Shown: one piece after another, positions 1 through 7,129 of the stretch
Numbering within the stretch: position 1 is the first letter of the stretch
Layout: every line of letters begins with the position of its first letter
DNA from: a virus
Lineage: Duplodnaviria > Caudoviricetes
DNA length: 55,324 nucleotides
Virus record (IMG/VR): IMGVR_UViG_3300030419_002654
Span: 1 to 55,324 of that record
Reading direction: 5' to 3' (one strand)
Position numbers and translations under genes: made by a program
The notes under the pieces: generated by a model
The model's database searches: none
Told to the model about the DNA's origin: nothing
What the model saw: only the letters and a program-made list of their open reading frames with translations

Positions 1-62
1 ATGAGTAATAAGATAACCGCACGTGGATCTCGTCTTAATATAATATGAAATAGGAGACGTAT

Positions 63-320
63 ATGTCTATTTTTGATAAAGTATTCAACTCATTAGCAGT
101 TGAAGGAAACGAGAGGACAGCTGCTCAGATGGCTAACTTCTACGGTACTACTGTAGGATCTATCCAAGCACGTATCTCAGAAATGAGAACGAAAACTGGC
201 ATAGCTGTTTATGCTAATAAGAGAACTGATACTGCAGGAAGAACTAAAACTTTCTACAGAGTTGGTACTCCTAAAAGAGCAGTCGTTGCAGCAGGTTATC
301 AAGCGCTAGCTGCTTCGTAA
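63..320 (+). CDS. small putative helix-turn-helix DNA-binding protein
   Basis: RBS AGGAG at ~52-56; TAAQMA...VGSIQARISEMR resembles a winged HTH; basic C-terminal half. Confidence 0.6.
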   Translation: MSIFDKVFNSLAVEGNERTAAQMANFYGTTVGSIQARISEMRTKTGIAVYANKRTDTAGRTKTFYRVGTPKRAVVAAGYQALAAS

Positions 321-334
321 GGTTATCACAACCA

Positions 335-475
335 GGATGTCCATGAGGATGTCCACACAGAGGGACCTATCTGAACTCCTTACTTCAATAGTCCCTCACC
401 ACGCTAGGGATGTCCATGAGGATGTCCCTAGCGTACTCTATTAGGATGTCCACAAGGATGTCCACTTGGATGTCC
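335..475. repeat. seven copies of GGATGTCC, mostly at 12-nt spacing
   Basis: copies at 335, 347, 408, 420, 444, 456 and 468; 401-434 forms hairpin ACGCTAGGGA...TCCCTAGCGT. Confidence 0.9.
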
Positions 476-504
476 ACCACAAGCTTTTTATATAAAATAT
501 AAAA

Positions 505-860
505 GGGTCCCCCAAAAGTATCATACTCAAAACTACATATTAATATCCGATAGGGTCCAGGCCGCATTTTATGCGCGGGTCCGTCCGTGGGTCCGGGGAG
601 GGTCAGTACCAGGGTATGATACTTTTTATACTTGAGGGTAGTACCTTATTCGGGTCGGGGGTCCGTACCTTTGGTGAGGGCAGCAGGGTCCAGGGTGGGG
701 TCCTGGCACTGAAAAGTCTACGTGTGAGGGTCTGGGGTGTTTGTGGTCATGGTTGTGGTGAGGGTCGTGGGATTGGTTGAACGCCGCATATTCTGCAGGT
801 TCCTGGTCCTGGGGCTCTATAGTGGGGTCCTGGTGCTGATCAAAAAATTCTGGTCCTGGT
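505..860. repeat. G-rich island of dispersed GG(G)TCC/GGGT repeats
   Basis: many GGGTCC/GGTCC/GGGTC motifs in an otherwise AT-rich genome. Confidence 0.75.
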
Positions 861-967
861 GCATCCCAGTACATCTCATCATTCTCATCAAATCTCACAT
901 TCTCCCATAAAACCACACTAAACACCAACAACCCTAACAAAATCCAAACATACCTAAAATCAATCAT
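626..967 (-). CDS. hypothetical membrane-anchored protein with Pro/His/Gln-rich tail
   Basis: N-terminal TM segment, downstream of leftward promoter at 1079-1107; C-terminal half overlaps the GGTCC repeat island. Confidence 0.45.
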   Translation of the reverse strand: MIDFRYVWILLGLLVFSVVLWENVRFDENDEMYWDAPGPEFFDQHQDPTIEPQDQEPAEYAAFNQSHDPHHNHDHKHPRPSHVDFSVPGPHPGPCCPHQRYGPPTRIRYYPQV

Positions 968-1078
968 TTACAATCACCAAATTATTATATCAATCAAAAT
1001 TATTATTACCAATACTTTCAATATCATATTCAAAACATTATTCAAAATTTCCTCACTTATCAATTTAACATATTACAT

Positions 1079-1107
1079 ATTATATACACATCAATATTTA
1101 AAATCAA
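1079..1107 (-). promoter_or_regulatory. leftward sigma70-type promoter TTGATT-N17-TATAAT
   Basis: reverse complement shows -35 at 1107-1102 and -10 at 1084-1079 with a 17-nt spacer. Confidence 0.75.
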
Positions 1108-1190
1108 CTTTTAATTATATCGAAATAAAAAACTCCACTATTTACAACACTTTACAATATAAAAATAATTAAAATAAATTAAAAAAAGTG

Positions 1191-1219
1191 TTGATTTGAA
1201 ATAAAGTTTATGATATATT
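1191..1219 (+). promoter_or_regulatory. possible promoter TTGATT-N17-TATATT
   Basis: shares the exact 20-mer GTTGATTTGAAATAAAGTTT with the promoter at 1671-1690. Confidence 0.5.
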
Positions 1220-1279
1220 TGGGGTATGTTTTTAATTAATATTAATAATAAATTTTATAAAAATAATTTAATTAGGGTA

Positions 1280-1308
1280 TTGATTTTAAATAAGTTTTAT
1301 AGTATAAT
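1280..1308 (+). promoter_or_regulatory. early sigma70-type promoter TTGATT-N17-TATAAT
   Basis: consensus spacing, followed by RBS AGTAAGGAG and ATG 1343. Confidence 0.8.
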
Positions 1309-1342
1309 AGTTGTATATTTTAAATTAGTAAGGAGTTTTTAA

Positions 1343-1675
1343 ATGAGTAATGTTTATAGAGAATGTAATTTTTTTAATGTTATTAAATTTAGTAGTAGTG
1401 TTAGAGTTTATGATAGTGTTTTAGAATATAGTGATGTTGAGAAATTTGATAGTTTAGAAGATATATTTGAAAAGTATGTTGATGTTGAATTTGTTAAAGA
1501 TTGGTTTAATATTGATGAAGTTAAATTAGAAGATGTATTAGAAGAAAGAAATGGAATATATGTAATGAGTGTTGATGAAGATATGAGTTTATATATTTTT
1601 AAGAATGATAGTTTAGTTGATTTAATTGAGAATTATGTTTTTAGATTAGATGAAATTAGAAAAAATAATAGTTGA
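1343..1675 (+). CDS. hypothetical acidic early protein (C-free gene; no Ala/Pro/Thr/His/Gln)
   Basis: own promoter, strong RBS AGTAAGGAG, intact 110-aa ORF. Confidence 0.8.
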   Translation: MSNVYRECNFFNVIKFSSSVRVYDSVLEYSDVEKFDSLEDIFEKYVDVEFVKDWFNIDEVKLEDVLEERNGIYVMSVDEDMSLYIFKNDSLVDLIENYVFRLDEIRKNNS

Positions 1676-1700
1676 TTTGAAATAAAGTTTTGTATATAAT
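1672..1700 (+). promoter_or_regulatory. early sigma70-type promoter TTGATT-N17-TATAAT
   Basis: consensus spacing; the -35 contains the stop codon of the upstream gene. Confidence 0.8.
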
Positions 1701-1739
1701 GTGTAGTATAAATTGTTAAAAAGTAAGGAGTAATTTATA

Positions 1740-2168
1740 ATGGAAAGATTAGAAAGATATAGTGAAAGTGAAAAAATGGTTGTAAAAAATAATAGAAAGA
1801 TTTTTTATAGAAATGGGTTATATATTATTAATTGTTTATTAGAAAAGAATGGAGATGAAATTAGTTTTAGTGATTTGAAAAAGATTTTTAGAAGTAATTT
1901 ATATTTAAAAGATTTGTATTATAATATTAGTAATGTTGGTGATATGAGAAGTATGTATTGGGATTTTTATAGTTTTAGTGATAGATATATTATTAATATT
2001 AATGGAATGATTAATAGTGATTATGATAATAATATTAATATTGTTAAAAAAGGAAATAGATTATTTTTAGTTAAAGAAAATTTTAGTGTTTTGAAAGATA
2101 ATGGTTATGAAATGATTAAAGATAGTTTAGGTATTTTTAGATTTGTAAGGAGTGAAGATGTTAAGTAA
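1740..2168 (+). CDS. hypothetical early protein (C-free gene)
   Basis: promoter, RBS AGTAAGGAG and a 142-aa ORF. Confidence 0.8.
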   Translation: MERLERYSESEKMVVKNNRKIFYRNGLYIINCLLEKNGDEISFSDLKKIFRSNLYLKDLYYNISNVGDMRSMYWDFYSFSDRYIININGMINSDYDNNINIVKKGNRLFLVKENFSVLKDNGYEMIKDSLGIFRFVRSEDVK

Positions 2169-2544
2169 GGAAAATTTAGTTAAAGAAATTAAAGATAGAG
2201 TTGATATTTTAGAAGGTAGAAATATATTTGAGATATATGATATTTTGAAAGAAAGTATTGGTGAAAATTTAAGTTTAGAGAATGATAAATTTTGTTGTAG
2301 TGAAGATGATAAGTTTGTTGTTTTTGGTTGGGGAGATAGATTAGAATTTAGTGGATTTGATTTTTTTAAATTTGATTATGAAGTATATGAGTATATTGAT
2401 AATTTGATTTATGATGTTGATGAAAGTTATGATAGTTTAGAAGATATTAGTGATAATTTAGATTGTTATAAAGATTGGAAAAAAGATTTTGTATATTTTG
2501 ATATGTATGAAAGTGATAGTTATATTATAGTGAGGTTAAAGTAA
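2152..2544 (+). CDS. hypothetical acidic early protein (C-free gene; start may be ATG 2158)
   Basis: RBS GTAAGGAG at ~2145-2152; 130-aa ORF. Confidence 0.8.
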   Translation: MKMLSKENLVKEIKDRVDILEGRNIFEIYDILKESIGENLSLENDKFCCSEDDKFVVFGWGDRLEFSGFDFFKFDYEVYEYIDNLIYDVDESYDSLEDISDNLDCYKDWKKDFVYFDMYESDSYIIVRLK

Positions 2545-2645
2545 TGGAAATTATATTTTATGTTGGAATGATTGTGTGGGGTTTTTATTTATTAGTAAAT
2601 GAAGATATTGAAGATGTTAAAAGAGATTTTGGTATAGAAGAATAG
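2544..2645 (+). CDS. small membrane peptide MEIIFYVGMIVWGFYLLVNEDIEDVKRDFGIEE (C-free gene)
   Basis: TAATG coupling to the upstream stop, GAGG RBS, hydrophobic N-terminus. Confidence 0.6.
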   Translation: MEIIFYVGMIVWGFYLLVNEDIEDVKRDFGIEE

Positions 2646-2679
2646 GATCCCGCTATACAATTTTTTTTAAATAAATCTG

Positions 2680-2707
2680 TTGACTTCAAATCAAGAATCA
2701 GTATAAT
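2680..2707 (+). promoter_or_regulatory. early promoter TTGACT-N16-TATAAT
   Basis: consensus boxes followed by RBS AGTAAGGAG. Confidence 0.7.
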
Positions 2708-2744
2708 AGATATTATAGATTAAAAAAAGTAAGGAGTAAATCTA

Positions 2745-2966
2745 GTGAATATAAAAATACAAATTGATACTGGTTTTGTTAAAGATGGCGGGACTGGTAG
2801 TAAATGGAAAGTAATAAAAATTAACGAATCTGATTTGGAAGAATTTAGATTGAAAAGAGATTCTTTAGAACCTGATATGGGTTTAGAGGATTTTATTATA
2901 CATGATATTACTAGTCTGATTGAAAATGAGATTGATAATGGATTGTATGGAATATTTAATTATTAG
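2745..2966 (+). CDS. hypothetical protein
   Basis: GTG start after AGTAAGGAG. Confidence 0.65.
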   Translation: MNIKIQIDTGFVKDGGTGSKWKVIKINESDLEEFRLKRDSLEPDMGLEDFIIHDITSLIENEIDNGLYGIFNY

Positions 2967-2973
2967 GAGTAGT

Positions 2974-3066
2974 ATGGAAAATTATTTATTTGGAATTTTG
3001 TTTGTGAGTGTTGTAGTGTTTACAATATTCTTTATAATAGCTATTGATGAGGTATTCTTTAAATAA
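2974..3066 (+). CDS. small membrane peptide (30 aa)
   Basis: RBS AGGAG; MENYLFGILFVSVVVFTIFFIIAIDEVFFK; TAATG coupling to the next gene. Confidence 0.55.
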   Translation: MENYLFGILFVSVVVFTIFFIIAIDEVFFK

Positions 3067-3530
3067 TGGATATGTATTCAAAACAAGAACGAGCGGAAGC
3101 TAATAAAGAACTATCTGATGCCTTAACAGGTGTCAGATGGGAAGACGAAATGATTGAAGATGGAGTCTGTCCTAATTGTGCCGGTACCGGATATCAAGAT
3201 GGTGAATATGAGATCTGGTGTGATGATGCTGAAGAGTATGTAGAAGGAAACGAATGTGATGGTTGGGGAATATTCGGTTGTGATGAAGGTGAGATGACTG
3301 GAGCAAGTTGGGTAGAAATTCTTGAGTACGATAGAAAATGTGCTGACAGAAAAGCATCACTAGAAAGATATGATTTTGATACAGCTGTTAATGAAGTAGC
3401 GGCTTATGTAAAATTTATGTCGGATCCGAGATTATGTGGACAACAAGTCAAGATTGATTATCCTCATTTAGGAAGATACGAAAGAACAAAAGTCGTAACT
3501 GAAGGAATGCGGAAAGCTGGTTTGATCTAA
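3066..3530 (+). CDS. hypothetical protein with CxxCxGxG zinc-finger-like motif
   Basis: CPNCAGTG plus further Cys residues. Confidence 0.7.
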   Translation: MDMYSKQERAEANKELSDALTGVRWEDEMIEDGVCPNCAGTGYQDGEYEIWCDDAEEYVEGNECDGWGIFGCDEGEMTGASWVEILEYDRKCADRKASLERYDFDTAVNEVAAYVKFMSDPRLCGQQVKIDYPHLGRYERTKVVTEGMRKAGLI

Positions 3531-3554
3531 ACCACTAAAAATGAACTCCTTACG

Positions 3555-3581
3555 ACCCTGCCAATTGGCAGGGTTTTTTTT
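3555..3581 (+). terminator. rho-independent terminator
   Basis: ACCCTGCCAATTGGCAGGGT inverted repeat followed by a T-tract. Confidence 0.85.
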
Positions 3582-3590
3582 GTCAAATTG

Positions 3591-3619
3591 TTGACCTCAA
3601 ATCATATAGTTCAGATAAT
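3591..3619 (+). promoter_or_regulatory. early promoter TTGACC-N17-GATAAT
   Basis: same family as the other promoters; RBS AGTAAGGAG downstream. Confidence 0.7.
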
Positions 3620-3646
3620 AGTACTATCAATTAAGTAAGGAGTATT

Positions 3647-3835
3647 ATGGAATATTTAATGATAGAAAAGGAACAGATGGGAATTCCAGCTAGTGCTGAA
3701 TTAATATCTGAGTCTGAATTTAATGATATAATTGACAACAGTAATGTTGGTGATTATAGTCACAGTGCTGGTCTTAGTCATAGTGTATATGATTTTGAAT
3801 TGTTTATGGTTGTAGTTGATAGGAGGGATTCATAA
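3647..3835 (+). CDS. hypothetical protein
   Basis: promoter and RBS. Confidence 0.7.
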   Translation: MEYLMIEKEQMGIPASAELISESEFNDIIDNSNVGDYSHSAGLSHSVYDFELFMVVVDRRDS

Positions 3836-4149
3836 TGGAAAATTTAGTTGACATGATTGAAAGAATCTTAGAAAAATCTAATAGGATCCAACAAGGATTT
3901 TTAGATAGACTTGAAGCTAATGATCTTAGACTGTCTAGGTTAGAAGGACAGATCAAATCTATAGATAATAGACTTGAGGATCTTTATGCAAATCATAATA
4001 ATCAATTAGTTGTGATTGAACAATCAGCAAAATTAAATGCTGGTAATAATGATTCAATATCAAGACAGATTGATGGTATAGCAGATAGACAAAAATTAAT
4101 GTCTGGATTAATTGAAAATATTGAGGACAAGTTGATAGATATGTCTTAG
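3835..4149 (+). CDS. hypothetical coiled-coil protein
   Basis: RBS AGGAGG; heptad-like pattern. Confidence 0.7.
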   Translation: MENLVDMIERILEKSNRIQQGFLDRLEANDLRLSRLEGQIKSIDNRLEDLYANHNNQLVVIEQSAKLNAGNNDSISRQIDGIADRQKLMSGLIENIEDKLIDMS

Positions 4150-4159
4150 GGCATATCTG

Positions 4160-4188
4160 TTGACTTTAAATCAACAATATTGGATAAT
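4160..4188 (+). promoter_or_regulatory. early promoter TTGACT-N17-GATAAT
   Basis: consensus spacing. Confidence 0.7.
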
Positions 4189-4215
4189 AGTTGTATATTT
4201 AGTAAGGAGTAAAGA

Positions 4216-4404
4216 ATGAAAAAATATGAAACTAAAGAAACTAAAAATCTTGGAAACAAAGTTATTGTTTTAAGATATAATGAAGAAAATCCTTTATTAG
4301 AATTTATTGAAGCAGGTCTTCAAGAAGGTTTGTCTTATAAAGGTGAATTAGGTGAACTGTTTGAAAAGGCAGTTGATTTTTGTGTAGATAAAAGGATTAT
4401 ATAA
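4216..4404 (+). CDS. hypothetical protein
   Basis: RBS AGTAAGGAG. Confidence 0.7.
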   Translation: MKKYETKETKNLGNKVIVLRYNEENPLLEFIEAGLQEGLSYKGELGELFEKAVDFCVDKRII

Positions 4405-4417
4405 GGGGGGCATATAT

Positions 4418-5008
4418 ATGAGTTTTTATGGAAGATTTTTTGAACCACAAGAAAAATTAACTTTTAGAAAAGTGTTAGATAGAGTTGGTTCATTTACAGC
4501 AGTAGAATGTAAGGCATATATAGAGTCTAGTAGACAGGCTCTATATGAACTTTATAAAAAAGAAGTAGATGGAAAATATGTTTTTGATAAACAAGCAAAT
4601 CACAAAGTTGATGATGATGTCCAGCCTTTTATAGACTACATAGATGAAGTGATATCTAGACAGGGCAAATCTAGTGAGGGAGATATAGACTGCTGGAATG
4701 ACCTTATATGTATCAGGGACTATATAGTGCAGGATATATTAGGGGTATATGAGGCTGATGGATATGGCTCTCATAATTATGATAATATTAAAGTCATGGA
4801 TATATTGCTAGATGATACTAGCAAGAATCTAACAATGTGGCCTTTATTACAATATGCTAGTGACTGGAATCCTAAAATGCAGGGATATAAGAAGCTGTAT
4901 AATAAGTATGTAGATTTACATTGGAAATTAATTGAAGATTCAGATTCATATGATAGTAATATGACTGTAGAGAAATTTGAATCTAAGATATTATATAATC
5001 TGTTATAA
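4418..5008 (+). CDS. hypothetical protein
   Basis: 196-aa ORF with purine-rich RBS. Confidence 0.7.
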   Translation: MSFYGRFFEPQEKLTFRKVLDRVGSFTAVECKAYIESSRQALYELYKKEVDGKYVFDKQANHKVDDDVQPFIDYIDEVISRQGKSSEGDIDCWNDLICIRDYIVQDILGVYEADGYGSHNYDNIKVMDILLDDTSKNLTMWPLLQYASDWNPKMQGYKKLYNKYVDLHWKLIEDSDSYDSNMTVEKFESKILYNLL

Positions 5009-5196
5009 GATTACTCCTGATCCAATTCTTGGATCACTACTAAGAGAGAGCACTAGTTGCTCTCTCGCTTTATATGCGGCCCTGGCAGGTAGGTAAATTT
5101 GATACCGCATACCATATACCTTCTTTGGAATATAGCACGGATCATATGCGGCGTGTTTTGAAATTTTTTCTGAAAAATTTTTTGGTGTGAAAACTG

Positions 5197-5225
5197 TTGA
5201 CTTTAAATCGTCGTTGTTGTATAAT
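5197..5225 (+). promoter_or_regulatory. early promoter TTGACT-N17-TATAAT
   Basis: consensus spacing. Confidence 0.8.
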
Positions 5226-5253
5226 GGATGCATATTAATTAAGGAGTTTAGTT

Positions 5254-5502
5254 ATGAGTGAAATAGAACATTTAGCAAATATGATTGACAAGTTGATCGA
5301 TAAGGTTGATACGCTTGACAATAAACTTGATACGTTAGAATCTAGTATTGATGATATTAGAATTGAATGCACAAGCACTGAAAGTATGCTAAGTACTATA
5401 GACAGTGAAGTATCTAGTATTTACTCTCAAGTATCTAGTTTAGAAAGTGAGATAACAAGTATCGGATCTACTGTAGATAATATAGACGCGAGGATTGAAT
5501 GA
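5254..5502 (+). CDS. hypothetical coiled-coil protein
   Basis: RBS AAGGAG; regular heptads. Confidence 0.7.
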   Translation: MSEIEHLANMIDKLIDKVDTLDNKLDTLESSIDDIRIECTSTESMLSTIDSEVSSIYSQVSSLESEITSIGSTVDNIDARIE

Positions 5503-5663
5503 GTAAGCCAGATATTAAAGACACGTTTATCGACGATAGTGGTGTAGTGCATCATATAGATGACTTTAGACCTAGTGAAGATGAAGTGCTACAAGAGGGG
5601 CAGTGCATTTGCGGGGCTTTTGATTGCGACGAAGAATACGCGCATTGGACATCAGGATGGTAG
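5499..5663 (+). CDS. small Cys/His-motif protein (CICG...C..EYAHWTSGW)
   Basis: ATGA overlap with the upstream stop, GAGG RBS; translated by hand (54 aa). Confidence 0.6.
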   Translation: MSKPDIKDTFIDDSGVVHHIDDFRPSEDEVLQEGQCICGAFDCDEEYAHWTSGW

Positions 5664-5917
5664 AGTCAGTATTCTTAATGTTAACTATTACGGTTTCGAC
5701 TATTGACGAACCTATTGAGTTTGGTATTAGACAGCCGGACATGGTGTCGTGCGTGGCGGAGCTAGATGGGTTTGATGGTGCTCCGTTCAGTTTATTATTT
5801 ATGGGGCAAAGCATTGATATTAAGACTCAGTGTATAGCGCGCCCTATTGCTAACCAGGTTGTCAATAATGGTAAACCTATTAATGTGTTAGTTAAGGCAA
5901 ATTGTGAGACGAAGTAA
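5657..5917 (+). CDS. hypothetical protein (start likely ATG 5657)
   Basis: in-frame part of ORF 5624..5917. Confidence 0.5.
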   Translation: MVESVFLMLTITVSTIDEPIEFGIRQPDMVSCVAELDGFDGAPFSLLFMGQSIDIKTQCIARPIANQVVNNGKPINVLVKANCETK

Positions 5918-6284
5918 TCTATTTGATATACCTATGAGAAGAGTAAATATGCTAGGCGAGGATTTAACATTGAAAGAGCAGATGTTGGCTGGCCCTGATG
6001 TATTGTTTCCAGATAGCGATTGGAAAGATGAGAAGAGTGTTGACAATGATAAGTATGGTATGAAAGTTCAACATATGATAGGACCTTTTAGTAATGGTTA
6101 TCAGATGAGTGTTATTAAAGGACCTTTTACAATTGGAGGACCTAGCGGGCTATGGGAGATTGCTCCTATGGATATAGGTAGACATTTTATTGGCCAGGCG
6201 TTGCTTGATTGGGGTGATGATGTTATGGGGAGACTTACACTTGACCAAGTATATGAACAATGTAAATTATTGGAGCAGCTATGA
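5904..6284 (+). CDS. hypothetical phage protein
   Basis: SNGYQMSVIKG...GG..GLWEIA motif typical of small phage proteins. Confidence 0.65.
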   Translation: MRRSNLFDIPMRRVNMLGEDLTLKEQMLAGPDVLFPDSDWKDEKSVDNDKYGMKVQHMIGPFSNGYQMSVIKGPFTIGGPSGLWEIAPMDIGRHFIGQALLDWGDDVMGRLTLDQVYEQCKLLEQL

Positions 6285-6415
6285 CAAGAGCTAGATGGAA
6301 GAAAGGTGTTGCCAAAAGAAGAGCAGGTGCACTAGATAGATTGCTAAAGGTTAAAGAACCTAACGAAAGACAATCAAAAGAAATTGAAGTGTTACAGAAA
6401 AGGATAAATAGATAA
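6281..6415 (+). CDS. small basic protein (44 aa)
   Basis: GGAG RBS, ATGA coupling, fills the gap between ORFs. Confidence 0.55.
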   Translation: MTRARWKKGVAKRRAGALDRLLKVKEPNERQSKEIEVLQKRINR

Positions 6416-6416
6416 T

Positions 6417-6608
6417 ATGTTAGATTGGATCTACTTAGATTGGTACATAGTATTATTACCTGTAGCTTTCTTACACGGATGGTTTGTTGGTAGAAGTCAT
6501 GGCGTAAGAAAAGGTGCAGCTGATATGTTCGACCACCTATACGATAAAGGAACAAGAGTTAAAGGAAAACAACATACAAAGATTATTGAAATTAGTTTAG
6601 ATGAGTAA
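6417..6608 (+). CDS. small membrane protein
   Basis: N-terminal TM segment. Confidence 0.65.
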   Translation: MLDWIYLDWYIVLLPVAFLHGWFVGRSHGVRKGAADMFDHLYDKGTRVKGKQHTKIIEISLDE

Positions 6609-6816
6609 TGCGACAAGTAAACCTATACACGAATATAGGTATGAATACAAAGGAAAGCAAAGATGGGCTCAAGTCTATGTTAATGAAGATTCTTTTGATA
6701 TCCATTGTTTTGTGGATAACGTTTTTCAAGGTATAAGAAATATAAAGGGACACAGTGAACTGTATGCAGAGAATGCTGCAGAGAATTTTGTAATGGGATT
6801 ATATGACACCCCGTAA
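6601..6816 (+). CDS. hypothetical phage protein
   Basis: coupled ORF; HSELYAENAAENFV motif. Confidence 0.65.
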   Translation: MSNATSKPIHEYRYEYKGKQRWAQVYVNEDSFDIHCFVDNVFQGIRNIKGHSELYAENAAENFVMGLYDTP

Positions 6817-7105
6817 CCAAGAATTTCATCCAGAAGAAATAGAGAACAGTAAGCGGATATTCAAATCTGCTACTCCCAAGTATACAGCAGACTGGTACAT
6901 TAAATGGGTATCAAGTGTGTTCGTATTAGCGGCCATGTCTATGAGAGGTGTAGAAGGTTATCAATTATATGACCTATATCTTTCTATTGTAGGTATTACA
7001 GGTTGGCTTATAGTATCAGTGTTATGGAAAGACAGAGCATTAATTATACTAAATAGCTTTGGACTTTTGTTCTTATTAAGAACATTGTTCACTACATTAA
7101 CTTAA
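6803..7105 (+). CDS. small three-TM membrane protein
   Basis: three hydrophobic helices; W.DRALIILN motif. Confidence 0.7.
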   Translation: MTPRNQEFHPEEIENSKRIFKSATPKYTADWYIKWVSSVFVLAAMSMRGVEGYQLYDLYLSIVGITGWLIVSVLWKDRALIILNSFGLLFLLRTLFTTLT

Positions 7106-7129
7106 AAGAGATTTATTTTAGGAGACAAA

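Larger units (their letters stand above)
1156..2648 (+). other. cytosine-free segment (no C on + strand) containing four ORFs
   Basis: last C at 1155 and next C at 2649, read line by line. Confidence 0.95.

Noticed and set aside
335-475. CRISPR array
   Set aside because: Repeats are 8 nt with mostly 4-nt gaps; there are no 25-40-nt repeats with unique spacers.
385-780. ORFs 385..567 (-) and 571..780 (+)
   Set aside because: They are translations of repeat or G-rich DNA with no RBS or recognisable features.
1343-2544. Diversity-generating retroelement or alternative genetic code as the cause of the compositional bias
   Set aside because: No reverse transcriptase or template/variable repeat pair in the window; DGRs mutate adenines; all genes read normally in code 11.
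870-2648. C-free region as a bisulfite-type or sequencing artefact
   Set aside because: Wholesale C>T conversion would create stops from CAA/CAG/CGA, yet the ORFs are long and intact. The depleted strand also flips with transcription direction. Not fully excluded without reads.
5003-5233. 76-aa minus-strand ORF
   Set aside because: It runs antisense through a promoter and a hairpin region with no RBS, and is better explained as noncoding.
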